Below, one piece after another: positions 40,840 through 54,700 of a DNA stretch of 64,000 bases (its first letter is position 1; every line of letters begins with the position of its first letter). A program made the position numbers and the translations under genes. The notes beneath the pieces were generated by a model. That model was not told the DNA's origin. It worked only from the letters and a program-made list of their open reading frames with translations, and did no database searches. The stretch is from Ramazzottius varieornatus (Eukaryota > Animalia > Tardigrada), in NCBI GenBank assembly GCA_001949185.1, contig BDGG01000021.1, forward strand, positions 272,817 through 336,816, given 5' to 3'.

Positions 40840-43811
40840 ATGGGGAAGAAGGTGAAGGTTGGAAAGGCCCGAAAGGACAAGTTTTATCATTTGGCCAAAG
40901 AATCGGGTTATCGTTCGCGTGCTGCCTTCAAGCTCATCCAGCTCAACCGCACCTACGAGTTCCTACAGCGTTCGCGAGTGCTGATCGACCTGTGCGCTGC
41001 GCCGGGAGGATGGCTTCAAGTGGCCAAGCAGTTCATGCCCGTCTCCAGTATCATCTTGGGTTAGTTAGCCAACTTGATTTGACTGCCATATCATGCACCA
41101 ATGTGGGCACTCGTTATCGTTCCGTTTGATCTGTAGGTGTCGATCTGGTGCCCATCAAAGCTATCCCCAATGTCATCACTCTACAAGAAGACATCACCAC
41201 AGAACATTGTAAAGCCAAGATTCGCCATGAGCTGAAGACATGGAAGGCTGACGTAGTGCTGCACGACGGTGCTCCCAACGTGGGCAAGAACTGGCTGCAC
41301 GATGCCTTTACCCAAGCTCGCTTAACCCTCTCAGCCTTCAAGTTGGCCACGGCCTTCCTGACCAAGAACGGCTGGTTTATCACAAAGATTTTCCGCTCTA
41401 AAGATTACCATGCCCTTCTGTGGGTCTTCCAGCAGTTCTTCAAGAAGGTAGGCGCCGTGGTCGATTGCGAAATATATGCCTACTTCCGGTGACGTCATGC
41501 GGCATCACTGTTTCTGTGTATATGGTGGGCCCTAGGGAACAAATTATCTGTTATCGTGTACGGGGTTGTCTGTTACGTTTTGTCCCTGGTAGCCAACCAT
41601 GGTGTGTTATGGCTTTATTTTGGGTTTGATCAGTAATCAGTAAGTATTGATAGTATCCTTGTTGCAGGTCGTAGCGACAAAGCCACCGGCTTCTCGTCAT
41701 GAATCAGCGGAAATCTTCGTGGTGTGTTCGGGGTACATTGCTCCGGACAAGATCGACGGGCGCTTGCTGGATGCCAAGCATGTCTTTGAGGATGTCGACG
41801 AGTCGATGGCTGAGGAGGACGCGACTAACGCGGATGGGACGAGCAAGAAGCGGACGGCAGGAGCGGCCAAGCTAAACCTGCTGCTGCATCCAGAGAAGAA
41901 GAAAAAGTCGGCCGAAGGTTATGCCGAGGGCAAGGTGCTGTTGGGTGACAAGTTAGCGGCACGAGCCTACATCGAGGCCGAAGAGGACAAGTCCAAAGAG
42001 TTGTTGTCGCAGTGCCACCAGATTGTCATTGATGAGGAGGACAAGGGTATCGCCACCCATCCGGCCACGACGGACGAGCTGCGCCTGTGCTGCCAAGACA
42101 TCAAAGTGCTGGGTAAACGCGAACTGCGCCTGCTGATCAACTGGAGGAAGGACATTCGCAAAAGCCAGGAAGAAGCAGCTAGTAAGCCATTTCGTGAAAT
42201 TGTCCATCAACCGTGGCGGATTAGCTGTATAGCCATCAATGTGTGATTGTTGTAGAGAAAGAAAAGGCCAAGGAGGATGAGGGTCTGGTTAGTGTCAAGG
42301 CTGTGACGACGGAGGAGGAGATGGAAGCAGCCATCGCCAGGCAGATTGCCAAGGTGGAGGAGGACGAACGGTTGGAAGCAAGGCGCAAGCGCAAGAAGCT
42401 CAACAAGCTGCGCCGTCAACTGCAGGAGAAGATGAACCTGAAGATGATTCTGCCCGGTGACACCTTGCTGGCTGAAGAAGAACAGAAGGTATACGTTAAT
42501 GGCCTTCTCCAACTTTCGTCTAACCCTTCCTTGTGTCATCATGAGCTGAGGGGTTTGTCCTTGTTAGGAAGAACGACTCTTTTCGCTGGATAACATTAAG
42601 AGCAGTAAGAAGCTGGAGCAAGTGATGGCAGGAGAGAGGGATGCCGGCAAAAGCTTCGATGAAGAGGAGGAGGAGGAGATGGAAGGGGATGACAATCCGC
42701 TCTTAGTGGGTAGAGAAGGGCTTCTGAGCCGCAAAGCCCGCATGACGCGAGAATGGTTCGATAAGGACATCTTTGCCGGCCTGGACTTGAAGAAGAGCAA
42801 GCCCAAGAAGACGGAGGTCAAGGAAGAGGAAGACGAGTGGGAAAATGTCGGGGGAAGGGAGGATGATGATAGTGAGGACGAGGATGAGGTGATGGAGTTT
42901 GAAGTGGTCAGTGAGATGGCAAAAGAGACAGCGGCACAGAATGGCCAGCGCATAAAGACGGAAGAGAGCCTGCAGGACAATGCCAAAGTCATGCTGGATG
43001 CTGAAGGCTTTGCTCTGGCCGAAGAACTCATCAAGTCCAAGAAACGACGGAGGGAAATGATCGAAGCCGGCTTCCATCGGTACGTCTTGTCCATAATGAT
43101 CAAGGAAAGCTAGTAGACGAGGAGGAGTAATATGGGTTTCTCTTGACGAAAGACTAATCAAATTAGGCTTTCAATTTGAATAGATGGTGACCCAGAGAAA
43201 TGGCTGACCCTGAAGAGAAAATATGGCATAATTGCCCTGAAGTGTGTGTTTACAGAGAAGCTTTCAACGAGACGGACGACATGTTGCCATCGTGGTTTGT
43301 GGATGACGAGAAGAAGCACTGTCGGCGCTCGCTGGTGGACAGTGGCCTGATCACTAAAGAGCAAGTGCGCGCTCACAAGGAGCAGCTGCGCGCCATCGAC
43401 GCCCGTCCCATCAAGAAGATTGCTGAAGCCACAGCTCGAAAGAAGATTCGGGCCCTGAAGCGGCTGGAGAAGGCACGGAAGAAGGCCAGCAACCTGCTGA
43501 GCAACGACGCACCGGACCAGCTGTCAGCGCAGGAGAAGATGTCACAGCTAAAGTCCATCTATAAGAAGGCCGCTGCACCAGGCAAGGCCAAGTCCAAGGC
43601 GCCCGTCTTGGTTGTCTCCAAGAAGGGCGGTGGAACAGCCAAAACTGAGCGACCAGCCAAGGGAACCCGCATCAAGGTGGTCGATCGACGAATGAAGAAG
43701 GACATGAAACGCACGAATTCAGCCGGTAAGGGAGGCAAAAAGACCAAGGGCAAGAAGAAAGCCGCCAAGAAGGCTTCTCGTCAGCAGTCCACCGGTCGAA
43801 AGAAACAATAA
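40840..43811 (+). CDS. FTSJ3: Pre-rRNA 2'-O-ribose methyltransferase FTSJ3/Spb1
   Basis: [36 protein letters not shown]; DLCAAPGGW; [11 protein letters not shown]; [16 protein letters not shown]; [10 protein letters not shown]; VVDRRMKKD. Confidence 0.96.
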
Positions 43812-44066
43812 GCTTACTTTCCTCAACGGTTGCACAGGATTTTGCTGCAACATAAGGCATAAACTTCCAATGTTACACACTGTGTATATCACCCGCCAGC
43901 GGGTTTTGTCGACATGGAAGAAAATGAGCAGTATAGAGCACCAAAACTGTTAGATACCTTCAAGTTAGCTCTAGACGCATGCTCCGATGAACAGGCGCAG
44001 CCTGTTGGTATCGTACGACTATAAAGGTGTACAACAAGGAGGAAAAGGGAGTCAAGCTTATGAGCA

Positions 44067-46267
44067 TCAATTGAAGGCGTCGAAAGCGCGGTTGAAGGAG
44101 TCTCCGATGGCGTCAAATTTTTCAGCGGAGAAGGCCTTTTTGACCGGCGAGACTGGCTTGGCTGTTAGCGCCACATGGTTAGTCGCTTGATCGGTCGTCA
44201 GCGATGGGGCCGAAGGAAGTGGTAAAGGCAGCTTGGGTGCCACATAGGCGTCGGTGGAGGCAAGTTTGGGGGAAAGGAGGCTGATTACCTTTCTCGGATT
44301 AAAGAAGTTATCCGGTGGGGCAAACCCAAAGAGAGCCGTAGGGCTGACCAGCCCTCCTGCCTTTGCTGCCGAACCACCGACGATGGCCTTGTTACTGTCG
44401 ACTGCAATGGCCGGAATGGGCCCTCCATCCATCCTCCCCCTCTACAAACCATCAAGGTCTTCAATGTACGCAGTTACCACAAACTTTCCATACACAGGGC
44501 ATAGTTTTGTAGGACATAGTGCTGTAAATTAGACCTTCCAGTTCCTACAGCACTATACCTCGTCTTGTCCACTTTTGGGCGTGGTGGTTTCCATCCCCGG
44601 AAAGATACGAAACTCCTGGAAGAACCCCTGCGTCATCCCGTCATTGTTGTCCACAAACCTGGTCTATCAAACAGAAAATGTAACAAAGGCCATAGAAACC
44701 AGTTATATACTCTGTCTCTCATGGACTGTAAAGTGCACTTCTCGCTGCATCATCCAAATGGTGCTAACGGTTCATAGGTATAGTGTTGTAGAATACATTT
44801 CATCCGACGGTCACGTGATGCCACTTGCGACTTGGCAATTTTAGGAGGCCACCTGACCCCCCGGATAGAATGCATCTTTTACACTGTGGTGTAGGACAAA
44901 GCTGATGTGCTCAAAGGTACCTGGTTGGTGACCAGGATGTGGTCACCGAGTGTCTGCACTTTGCCGGTTGTGTTAGCCTTGTCCGGCATGGGTGGACTAC
45001 GCTGTTGCTGCTGAAGTTGCTGTTGCATTTGCCGCATTTCCGCTTGCATGCGGAACATGTCGGCCATACCATCACCTTCGCCATCTCCCTCCATGCCACC
45101 CATCCGACCCATAAAGCCCATCCCGCCCATTCCTGCGGCCATGGGATCGCCGCCGCCCATCATTCGACCGGCCATGGGGGGTTCGCCAAACATGTCACTG
45201 CCGTAGCGTCTTCTTTCTTGATTCTCATACGGCGACGCGTAACGATAAGGTGACTGGAAGGCGCCGCTGTTGCTGTAATCGTCAGGGGCTCCGCTGCGCA
45301 TCATGGCCATAGCACCTCCTGGCCGGTACATGCCGCCACCCGGATAACCATACGGACTATTCATCATCATCCCCCCGTTATTTCGGCCATGTAAACCTGC
45401 AACATCACACGTGGCAATCGCCCATGTCCTCAACCTGTTGCCGTTAACGTCATCACCATAAATACTGCCTGCAGCCAACTTATGCTACTCTGTCATAAAC
45501 AGCTCAAATGACCCGTGACCAGCACACACCGCAAGCTCAACAATATAACCACGAAAAGTTCTCTAGTTTGATATGCTGAAATAGACGGATGTTATTCATA
45601 GAAAAACCATGTTACAGGGAGGAACCCCTTTTATGTTGCATCTGCACTGGTCAATGATAAACATTTCTGTCCCTCCTCTGCAAGCTGCAAAAGGCTTCCT
45701 GCCTTCAAGTCCTTTCTAGATCGTCTCGATCTGCGGAGCTTCTCTTGGTGCGAAAAGAACATCGATGATTGTTTAAAGTAGTTGTTAAGTTTTAGATCTG
45801 ACACTTTTTCTTTGGCTCTCTTGCCGTCCTTTCATCTTGTGTCCAAGGCTGAGCTAATCTGCTGGCGATCATACACGAGTAAAGCATTTATTATTATTAT
45901 TATTATTATGTTTTTACTAAATACTTGAGATCGTGAAGCGACATGGCCTTGTCGGATAATTCCACCGTTTGCTGGCTGTTAAACCTCTTCAACGGCGAAG
46001 CGACCGTGGATAACGGCGGGAGGTGGCCTTGTGGGGTTACTTACCAATAGGCAGCTGGGGTGAAGGTGGGTACATGGTGGGATAGTTGGTCATAGCAGTG
46101 GGCAGTCTAGCGGTGTCACCCAAGGCATTAGGGGCCATCCCCGAACGAGCTAGAGCACCGTTGAATGGCGAGTTGGGATCTCCGAAAGCTGGGTACATTC
46201 CGTCGCCCATCATCTGACCCAGGGCCATCGAGAAGCTACAAATGAGGACCAAGATCGGCCCTTCCAT
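44067..46267 (-). CDS. Orphan secreted Met/Gly/Pro-rich low-complexity protein, multi-exon
   Basis: MEGPILVLICSFSMALG-Q signal-like start and GTAAG donor near 46040; exon about 45397-44920 is GM-rich with poly-Q; last exon joins ORF 44067-44432. Middle exons are uncertain. Confidence 0.6.
45887..45908. repeat. (TTA)n microsatellite
   Basis: About 7 TTA units inside an intron. Confidence 0.7.
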
Positions 46268-47173
46268 ACTACGCAGTATCAGCAGGTTCCCCATCACTGG
46301 CACATTTGCCGGGATAATCCCAGATTGATTCCCGGCCAAAGGCTACTATGTAGGCAGCAAGCTGTAAAAGCCAATGCGGAAGCTGTATTGTACGTAAAGA
46401 TAAGATGCGGCCAAGAAGAAGAAATCTCGATGCGGAAGCTGAAGGACGGTGAGTGAAGATGGTCAGCTGAATCACCAAGCCAAGTATCATACAGTAACAG
46501 CCAAGGCCAAAAGAAGCCATACTGAATGTTATTTGTCGGCGCCGGAAAGATTGGTGTCATAGCAGGCTTGGGGGCAGATGTCATGGTCAAGCTTGAGTTG
46601 TACCGTGATGATAAAACGAAGCACCATCAGGCAGTTCCACGCAACTTCTAGCAAGTTATAAGTTTGGCAACATGAAATCTCTGACATCTTCAGTATACAG
46701 CAATAATTGGCCACCATCGACCCAATGACGCCTACTCCAGTTGTGCATCTGCCGTATCATTCCATCTCTACTTTACACCTAACTACAAAACCCTCCAGCA
46801 AGTAGCCCTAATTATCCATAGCAGCCGCTGATTGTACAACACCATGCCTTTTCCTCTGTACTATCAGCCCTTACTGTACAACATTGCTGTTCCATAAGGG
46901 CCCAGTTTCCAGCGAACTCTTTCAGATCGCCGACCATCGGGAAACATAATGATTAAACAAATAATCATTACTGGGTTACTTGCTACCTGAGAAAAGAGAG
47001 CATACTCTTTGGTCCACCAACGAAGCAACTGAATAGTCGGTAGGAGCATAATGTTGGCTGATGAGCGTGAGCCAAGTCTCCCATTCAATGAAGTAGAGAA
47101 TTTAGTACGGTATACTATAGCTGACTCACACATAGGCGGGAAGAGAAGAGAGCAAAGTGTGGAAGGCCGGAAA

Positions 47174-50100
47174 TTAAGGACGAGATCGCTTGGGAGGGGG
47201 CAGAGCGTGGCTGGCGTGACGAAGGTGAGGAGGGATGATGGGCGGTGTCTGGTCGGTAATGTACTGGGAGAGCATTTCCGGTCGGTTACAGATGACGCCG
47301 GCGGCCTCGAAGGCCTCAACCTCCTCCCGCGAGATGGCCACCTTTCCCGACTCGTACAGCAAGTGCGTGGCTCGCTTGACATACTGCAGCAGCGGCGGCC
47401 TACAAGCAAATGAGACCGTCATGTCATGGGCATGTTGGAAAGAGAGGGAGAGAGGCGTTCCGTACGTGTTGGGCAGGACGGTGGCGCCACCGGCTTTCAA
47501 CATGCGGATGTAACCGTCGCCGCGGACAGCCTGCTCGGCCAGGACAATGACGGTCCAGCCCGTAAAGGCCGGTGGATGGCCTCGGGAGACGTGGAGACGC
47601 CAGCGGTGGGCCGCTTTGGCTAGCTTCATGTTGTTGTCGTCCAGGTCCAACAGCAAGTGGGCCGCCTTGTCCACGTTGCCCCACTCGTACTCTTCTTCCT
47701 ACAAGCAAAAAGAGCCAGCCCTTGAAACGGACCTTCCAGCACTGCAGACTAGTGAGGGAACTTACGGGCAAATAATGGCCGGCTTTGGCCGAGTGGATTA
47801 TGTAGGAGGGATGGAGGATGAAGCGGCCGGTGGCGCAGCAGCCGTAAAACTTTTCATTCTTGGCCGGTGCCTTGACCAGCAAGTGGGTGGCTTGTGGCTG
47901 CAGCTGGATGGTGTCGATGAAGCGACCACCCAGCTTGGTGATGGCATCAAAGATCTGCTGCTTCTCCCCATCAGCGGGGATACCCGACAGGATAAAGACC
48001 TTGTCCGCCGCCGCCTGCCCTTGCTCCACCTCCACAATGTCAGCTGGGCGCTTCGGCCGGCTGACGGCTGGCCCTTCGACGGCATTAGCCACTCTCTTGC
48101 TGTTGAGCGGGCCTACGGCTGGCGCTTGACGGAGGAGGGGAACAATGGAGTTGGTGCTGGTCGGAGGTGGCTTGACCAGTGGCTGGCCATTGGCGGCGGC
48201 TGCTGCCACAACGACAGCCACTTCTGCCACTTCGTCCTCGCTGCCTTCTTCATACTCCTCCTCGCTTTGGCCTCCATCGTCCTTGAAGTCTCGGCCTCCT
48301 TCACCTGCCAGGAAGGGCTGCCTTCTGCAAAGTACAAGCCACCACCATCAACGAACCAAAGGCACTGTGTGACATGACCTTGTATGTCACATAACATGAC
48401 ATGACAGGACTGATATGGTAGAGACTTACTCGTGCTGACTCCAGACGACTTGGCCCCGATCCTTCCTGCCGGGACTCTTCTTGCCCTTGTTGGAGGGGCG
48501 ACGCGTTAGGCGGCCCATCTTGGGGCCAGCCTGCCCACTAATGGTCACTTTGGCCATCTGCAGTTGCTGGCGCAGTTGCGCCATCTCCTGTTGCACCCGT
48601 AGCTGTGCCACTTCCTTGGAGCCGGTGGGCGCCGTCTTGAACGTGTCGGCCACGGGGACAGCGCTGCTCGGAGAGTTGGCTGGACTGGATTTGGCACTGG
48701 TCGGCATGGCCCATGTGGGGCCACTGCGGTTGTTCTCCTGGCCCACCAACGCCATCACTCGCCGTGCCAACAGCAAGGACGAACACGGCGCTCCAGCAGA
48801 CCCTTCCACTTTCTCCAACCTGCCACACAAAACACTTCACACTTCATTTGTAGACTATCATCACGGTCACCAAGCAGGATTGCTCCTTTAGACTTCTGTC
48901 GCAATAGGCGACTTTTCAGCCTCTATTACAAAGACAGTTTGTACAAAGCGCTGAGACTTGCGCTCTGACAGGAACTTACACTTCAGCTTTAACTTCTTCG
49001 GCTTCCACTCTAAGGCCTGCAACGCTGCTTGTTATTGTTCCGGCTGCAACTACTACCGACGGCCGGGCTTGAGGTGAGGAGCGAAAAGGCTGAGGAGAGG
49101 GAGGAGGAAAAGCAGCCGAGCTGGAGAGGTCATTCTCATTAACCACTGATTGCACAGCGCCCTCATTCTTGGCAGGGTGGGCTACTGCTGCCTGCTTGGC
49201 TTGAGGACCAGAACTGTCTCCTGCCTCCTCTTCTTTCTTGGTCGGCACTGCTGCCGCCGCCGCCGCAGCACCGTCTTCCGTCTTGACTGGCTTGTCGATA
49301 GCGCTAATGTCCAACTCCACATCTAACCCTGCAACGGCACTTATGGACATTACACGGCACACTGCCACCCAAACAGCAGGACGCTCTGCTACGTACGCTG
49401 AGCATTCTTGTGGGGTGTGGAAGTAGCACGAAGGCCGTTGGGCCCTTGGCGGACATGGTCGGGCGTCAGGGCGCGTTGGCTGGCGCTAGAGGCCGAACTG
49501 CCGCTGACGCGCTGATCAGCGGTCAGGTTGGCAGCGGCGCTTTTGGGGCCCGTCAGCAAGTACTTTCGATAGTCCAGACAGTATCCTACACAACAAGACA
49601 AGGCCTCACTGCACCAACTTAACTGCTCCTCTTTATCTACAGCCATAAATTGTCAGCAGCATCACTAACCTTTGTCAACGGAATGGCGGACCCACTGCGA
49701 ATGAACAATGGGAATTTTCCAGCTGGCGGCTGCCACACACTTGTCGCCCACCAGCACGTCACAAATGAGATGGGTCACCGTGGCCTTGCTCAAATCCTTG
49801 TCGTAACGACCACCGTGCTCCTTCATCAAGGCTCTGATCTATACGGCACATAGAGAGAAAGATGGCTCAGTCAAGGTAGCAGGCAGGCAAACCACAGAAA
49901 GAAGACTCTACCAACCTGTGCTCGTTGTTCCTGGCTGAGCTGCGAGACGGAAACGAAGCAGCCGGCAAAGATAGGGGTGGCAAACTTGGCGCTGAGCTGT
50001 TGCAGATTGTCGGCATTGTCTTGACCCGCCTTGGCCAACTTGTAGACGGCCCCAACCCATGCCGGCATCATCACCCTCATGCCCGCTTCTGTTGCCGCCT

Positions 50101-51052
50101 GCCCTCAAACAACAAGTCATTAGTACTACACGCTTTCTCCAAGACCCGTAAAGTATGCCATTTTATGTCGGCCAGGAGCTAGGCCTTGAACAGCAACCTC
50201 AAGATGCAAAGGGTTTCTCTCCGGCCAACTAGTCAAATGGCAGTTGATAAGGATTTTTGGTCAGGAAGGTGGTGGGACTTACAAAGTACTTGACAGAGCC
50301 AACAACGGGGGTGATGAGGTGGGTGCAGCAAGCGGTCAAGGCCTTGTTGGTCGTGCCGGCCATCTCTTGCACCATCCTGTACACTTCCTCCTGCAACAAG
50401 CCAGCCAAGCGGCGTGGGTAGATTACAAAACTTACCATTGGGAAGGCAGGCGGCAACTTACCCGTGCTTCGGCCATCATGTTGGAGCAGCAAACATTGAC
50501 GCGTAACAAGGCAAAGCTGAAGATGGCACTGCCCAGGTGACGCGGTAGACTGAAGCCTTGACGGATGGAGGTCAGGACGCAGTTGGGCGAGTAGATGGGC
50601 ACTTTGCTTTCCTTCAACACGTCGAAAGCGGCTCCCCCAAAGGGCCACATGACATAGACGCAACCCTGCGCTACGGCAAGGAGGCTGCCCTTGGTCAGCT
50701 GGCACTGCGCCGCCCAAAGAACCTCCTCCTCCTCTATCCACTGCACCGTCGTGCTGCTCGACTGACCGCCGATAAACTGCAAGTCGCAACACAAGCACGG
50801 TTAGTGGATGCCCTACCACCTACTACGGTTGAGTGTTGACAGGGAAAGTGTCATTACCTCGAACAAGTCTTGCAGACTCTTTCGTTCCGCTTCCGACTGG
50901 CCTTTGCAACGCACAAGACGCATCTCCTGCACGCGCTGCGAGGCCACAGGCTCATCCCTTTCTCGTTGGCCGGCCTGAGCCTGCCATGTCGATGTTGGCG
51001 TACCACCTCGGGCCATCTGAGAACGATCACCGCAACCACTCTGCAACACCAT
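47174..51052 (-). CDS. TOPBP1: TopBP1/Mus101 homolog (BRCT0-1-2, disordered linker with AAD-like motif, BRCT7-8)
   Basis: BRCT1 (VQEMAG...CTHLITPVVGSVKY...PAWV), BRCT2 (PIFAGCFVSVS...HGGRY..VTHLIC...IVHSQWV), and the C-terminal pair (ITKLGG...THLL....KNEKF....TGRFILHPSYI....GHYLPEEEYEWG...AAHRWR...AFTGWTVIV). Confidence 0.85.
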
Positions 51053-51794
51053 GAAAAAGACGTAAATATCCCTCTTCTCATCAAGAAGCCTATCACCTTT
51101 TCACTATTGGAACAAAATCTCTTCTCGATTCTTCAGGCTTCTGCTTGCCTTTAGCGCTCAAATAAACCGCCCGGATCGAACCTCAAGATGTGCAGTCGAC
51201 TTACCGCCCTTATATTGAGTGGAGTAGGAAAAGCTAGATGACTACGGTGTGGAGATTAGACATTGAGTGGAGTAACAGCAACGGTTGACTGCGATGCATC
51301 CATGGCTGCACTTCACCTCCGACTCGTCTGGATGGATCCTTTCCTCTTCGGCCTTTACGTCCCCTTCTTTTGCAGTGTCCAGCGACGCAGGGGAATCTCC
51401 AGACGGGATAGTGGAACGCTGAGTGACGAGCTGCGAAGATGAACCAAACGACGAACACGATCAGGCAACCAATTAACCAAACACAAAGTCCAAATGAGAG
51501 TGCCAAAATTCGACAGGATTTCAGCGCTCAGAAGGCTAACAGCCCCCCTCCAGCGCAGGAGAAATAAAGGTCAGGGCCGCGGTGGCCGGCTGAATTCGAT
51601 CGTCAACGCTGATTGCCTGATTGGGCAGGTGGTACTTCCGGCCACCCCGTCACCCCCCGAAATATCCCCTGGGACGTCTTTGGCGATCTGCCAGTTGTGA
51701 CTGTATTTGTTTGTGTTTCCCTCTTTGGATCCTTTTTCAACTTTTCATTCATCTCAAATCCATTGTAATAGCCTTGCACCTTGCAAGTTGAAAG

Positions 51795-54700
51795 ATGGCA
51801 GTTGAGAGCTCGGCACCGTTTTACCAATTTGCAACGCTGTGTGAAAAGATCTCCAAGACAGCCATCAGGGAGAAGAAGACGGGATATCTGAAGAACTTTT
51901 TGGATCTGTGGCACAAGCATTACGAACAGTCTTACCCCACCAACCCGCAGCCTCCCATCGAAACATTCTTCCCCTTTATGCGTCTTCTATTACCGGAAGC
52001 AGATCGCGATCGACCGGTGTACGGCATCAAGGAGACGGTTCTGGCACGCTTATTCATCCAGGAGCTGGGCTTGAGCAAAGGCAGCGAAGCTTCGGAGACG
52101 CTTCTGCACTGGAAGAAGCACAAACCGCAGGTTGCTCCCATCATTATCGTAACATCCTTAGCGCACTGTGACGACGCTGTTGGTTTTTGTACAGGGTGTC
52201 GATTACCGAGAGGTGGCGGACTTTGCCGGAGTTGCTTACCATGTTCTGCAGAATCGTATTAGAAAAGACGACAACGAGGCCGGCATGTCGATACGGGATA
52301 TAAACAAGTTTCTCGACACATTAGCTGAAGCTAATCTGGTTGGAGGAGACGAGAGAAAAGGTAGAGGCAATTTGTATAAAGCTCTCTTTCCCACTGGTAC
52401 GTAATGAATTGAATTAAACATGCAATTCAAAAGGGTCATGTTTGCTTTCAGAACAGACCAACCAGGCTTTCCGCGAGACATGGCGTCGAATGGACGTCCT
52501 GGAATGGAAATGGCTCATTCGCATTATACTGAAAGACCTGAAGCTGGGCATCGGTGAAGACGCCATTCTTAACCTTTACCATCCGGACGCCAAGGACCTC
52601 TACGACGTCACCAGTAGCTTATCTGGGGTATGTCCTTATCCATCGTCCGGAGCTTCAGTCAGGTGTACAGTTGATTTGAAGTACCAGTGGCCATAATTAC
52701 AGTATGTTGCCTTTAGGTGTGTTTCAAGCTGCTTGATCCCAAAGTGCGGCTGAGCGAGATTGAAATTTCCCTCTTTATGCCAGTGAAGCCAATGCTGGCC
52801 GAAACCTGGAGCCCAGCTAAGCTACGCGTTATCCTTAAAGGCAACGCACTGCTGGCCGAAATCAAGTACGACGGAGACCGATGCCAGATCCACAAGAGTA
52901 ACGACCAGTTCAAGTATTTCTCCCGCGCCGGTAACGAGAACACGGAGGCAAGCGCTGGCTTCTCATTAAGCGTTACATACGTGGGTGTTGGTTGTACGAT
53001 GACCAACGTTCATTATCGCATACAGATATTAGGTGGAGGAGCGTCGGAAGGGAACCTGACCAAATATATTGCCGATTGTTTTAACCCGGAAGCCGACAGC
53101 TTCATTATTGACGGGGAAATATGTGCCTTCGATATGAAGGTGCGATCGAACAAGGAGGAACTTTTCACTCTACTGAGTTTGCTCTTCATGGAGAAATGTC
53201 CTGCCTAATGGGTGTGTGTTGCAGGAGAAATGTATAGCGACCAAAGCTGAGAGTTATTCCATCAAGACATTAAACGGCGAGAATGGCTATCAAGTCTGCT
53301 TTGTGGCGTTCGACTGTCTCTTCTACAATGGAAAGGTACGCAGCGTAGGCTGGCTTCCCCTCATCTTAAGCCCAGAGTCCGTACGAATGAACCTTGTGAT
53401 TTGTTGTAATGACGCATATCTTAGACGGTGACAGGCCTTCCTCTGACTGAACGACTAGCCATCCTAAAGGACCTCTTCCAGGTGGAAGAAGGCCGTTTAT
53501 ATTACGCCACAAGGAAGAAAGTCACCACACCGTAAGTCAGCACTTTCGGTTGGCCGGCATGCAAACGTGGTGCGGAGCATTGATTGTAGGGAAGAATGCT
53601 ACGAGTACCTGAACGAAGCCATCGACCGGAACGAAGAGGGCATCATCCTGAAGCAGCCGTCGTCAGTGTACAAGCCCAACTCCCGTTCGGCCGGCTGGTG
53701 GAAGGTCAAGCCCGAGTTTGTCGATAGCCTGTCGGACCAGCTGGACGTCCTCGTTGTGGGAGGCTATTACGGGACGGGTCGGCGAACCGGCTTCTCCCAC
53801 TTTCTCTTGGCTGTGGCTCAGAACCCTGACAAGGCCGGCGACTACCCCAACAAGTTCTTGTCCTTTTGCCGAGTGGGCTCGGGCTATACATATAAAGAGC
53901 TGCAAGAGATGGGCTTGAAACTGGCCCCACATCTCAAACCCTGGAACTCTAGTGCCAAACCAGCCTGGCTGACGCTGATGGGCGAGAAGGAGAAGCCCGA
54001 CGCTTACATTGAACCCGACAAGTCCTTCATCGTCAAAGTTAGTGCGGCACAGCTCTTGGACTCGGATGCCTTTGCCACCGGCTGTACCCTGCGCTTTCCT
54101 CGCCTCAAAGAGTGTCGCACCGACAAACACTGGTACATTGCATCCCCCTACTTTCTCCAATTTACTTGCCAAGTGTCGCTTTTCGATATTCAAGGAGGTC
54201 TTTGTTGCTCAGGTATGAATGTATGACACTATCGCAGCTACTGGAGCTGAAAGGCCAAAGCAGTGGTCGTTTGGGTGCCAAGCATGTGACGGATGACCAC
54301 TTTGGCATGGGTGCAAGTCCCAAGAAGCGCCTCAAAGCTCCTGTACATCGGACAGCGGTGCTTCGTCTGGCCGAACACTTCCGTCCTGCCGATGTTAGCG
54401 GCGTGAAGACCCAGGGTCATATCTTTGCCGGAAAGGAGTTCTACGTAGCCGGTACGAGTTTCTGAGGTTGCAAGAAAAAACCAAGTCAGTAGGACAGGCG
54501 GTCGATGCCTAACTGATGCTCTTATAGGTGGCGACAAAGCTCACAGTAAGCAAGATCTGGAGAAGCTGATAGTAGCACATGGAGGAAGTGTCGTCCAGAA
54601 GGTGACAGAGGGCAACACCTTTTGTGTCATCTCGGACAAGCGAACCGTCCACGTCCAGAACATCATCAAGACACATCTCTATGATGTCGTCTATCCAGCC

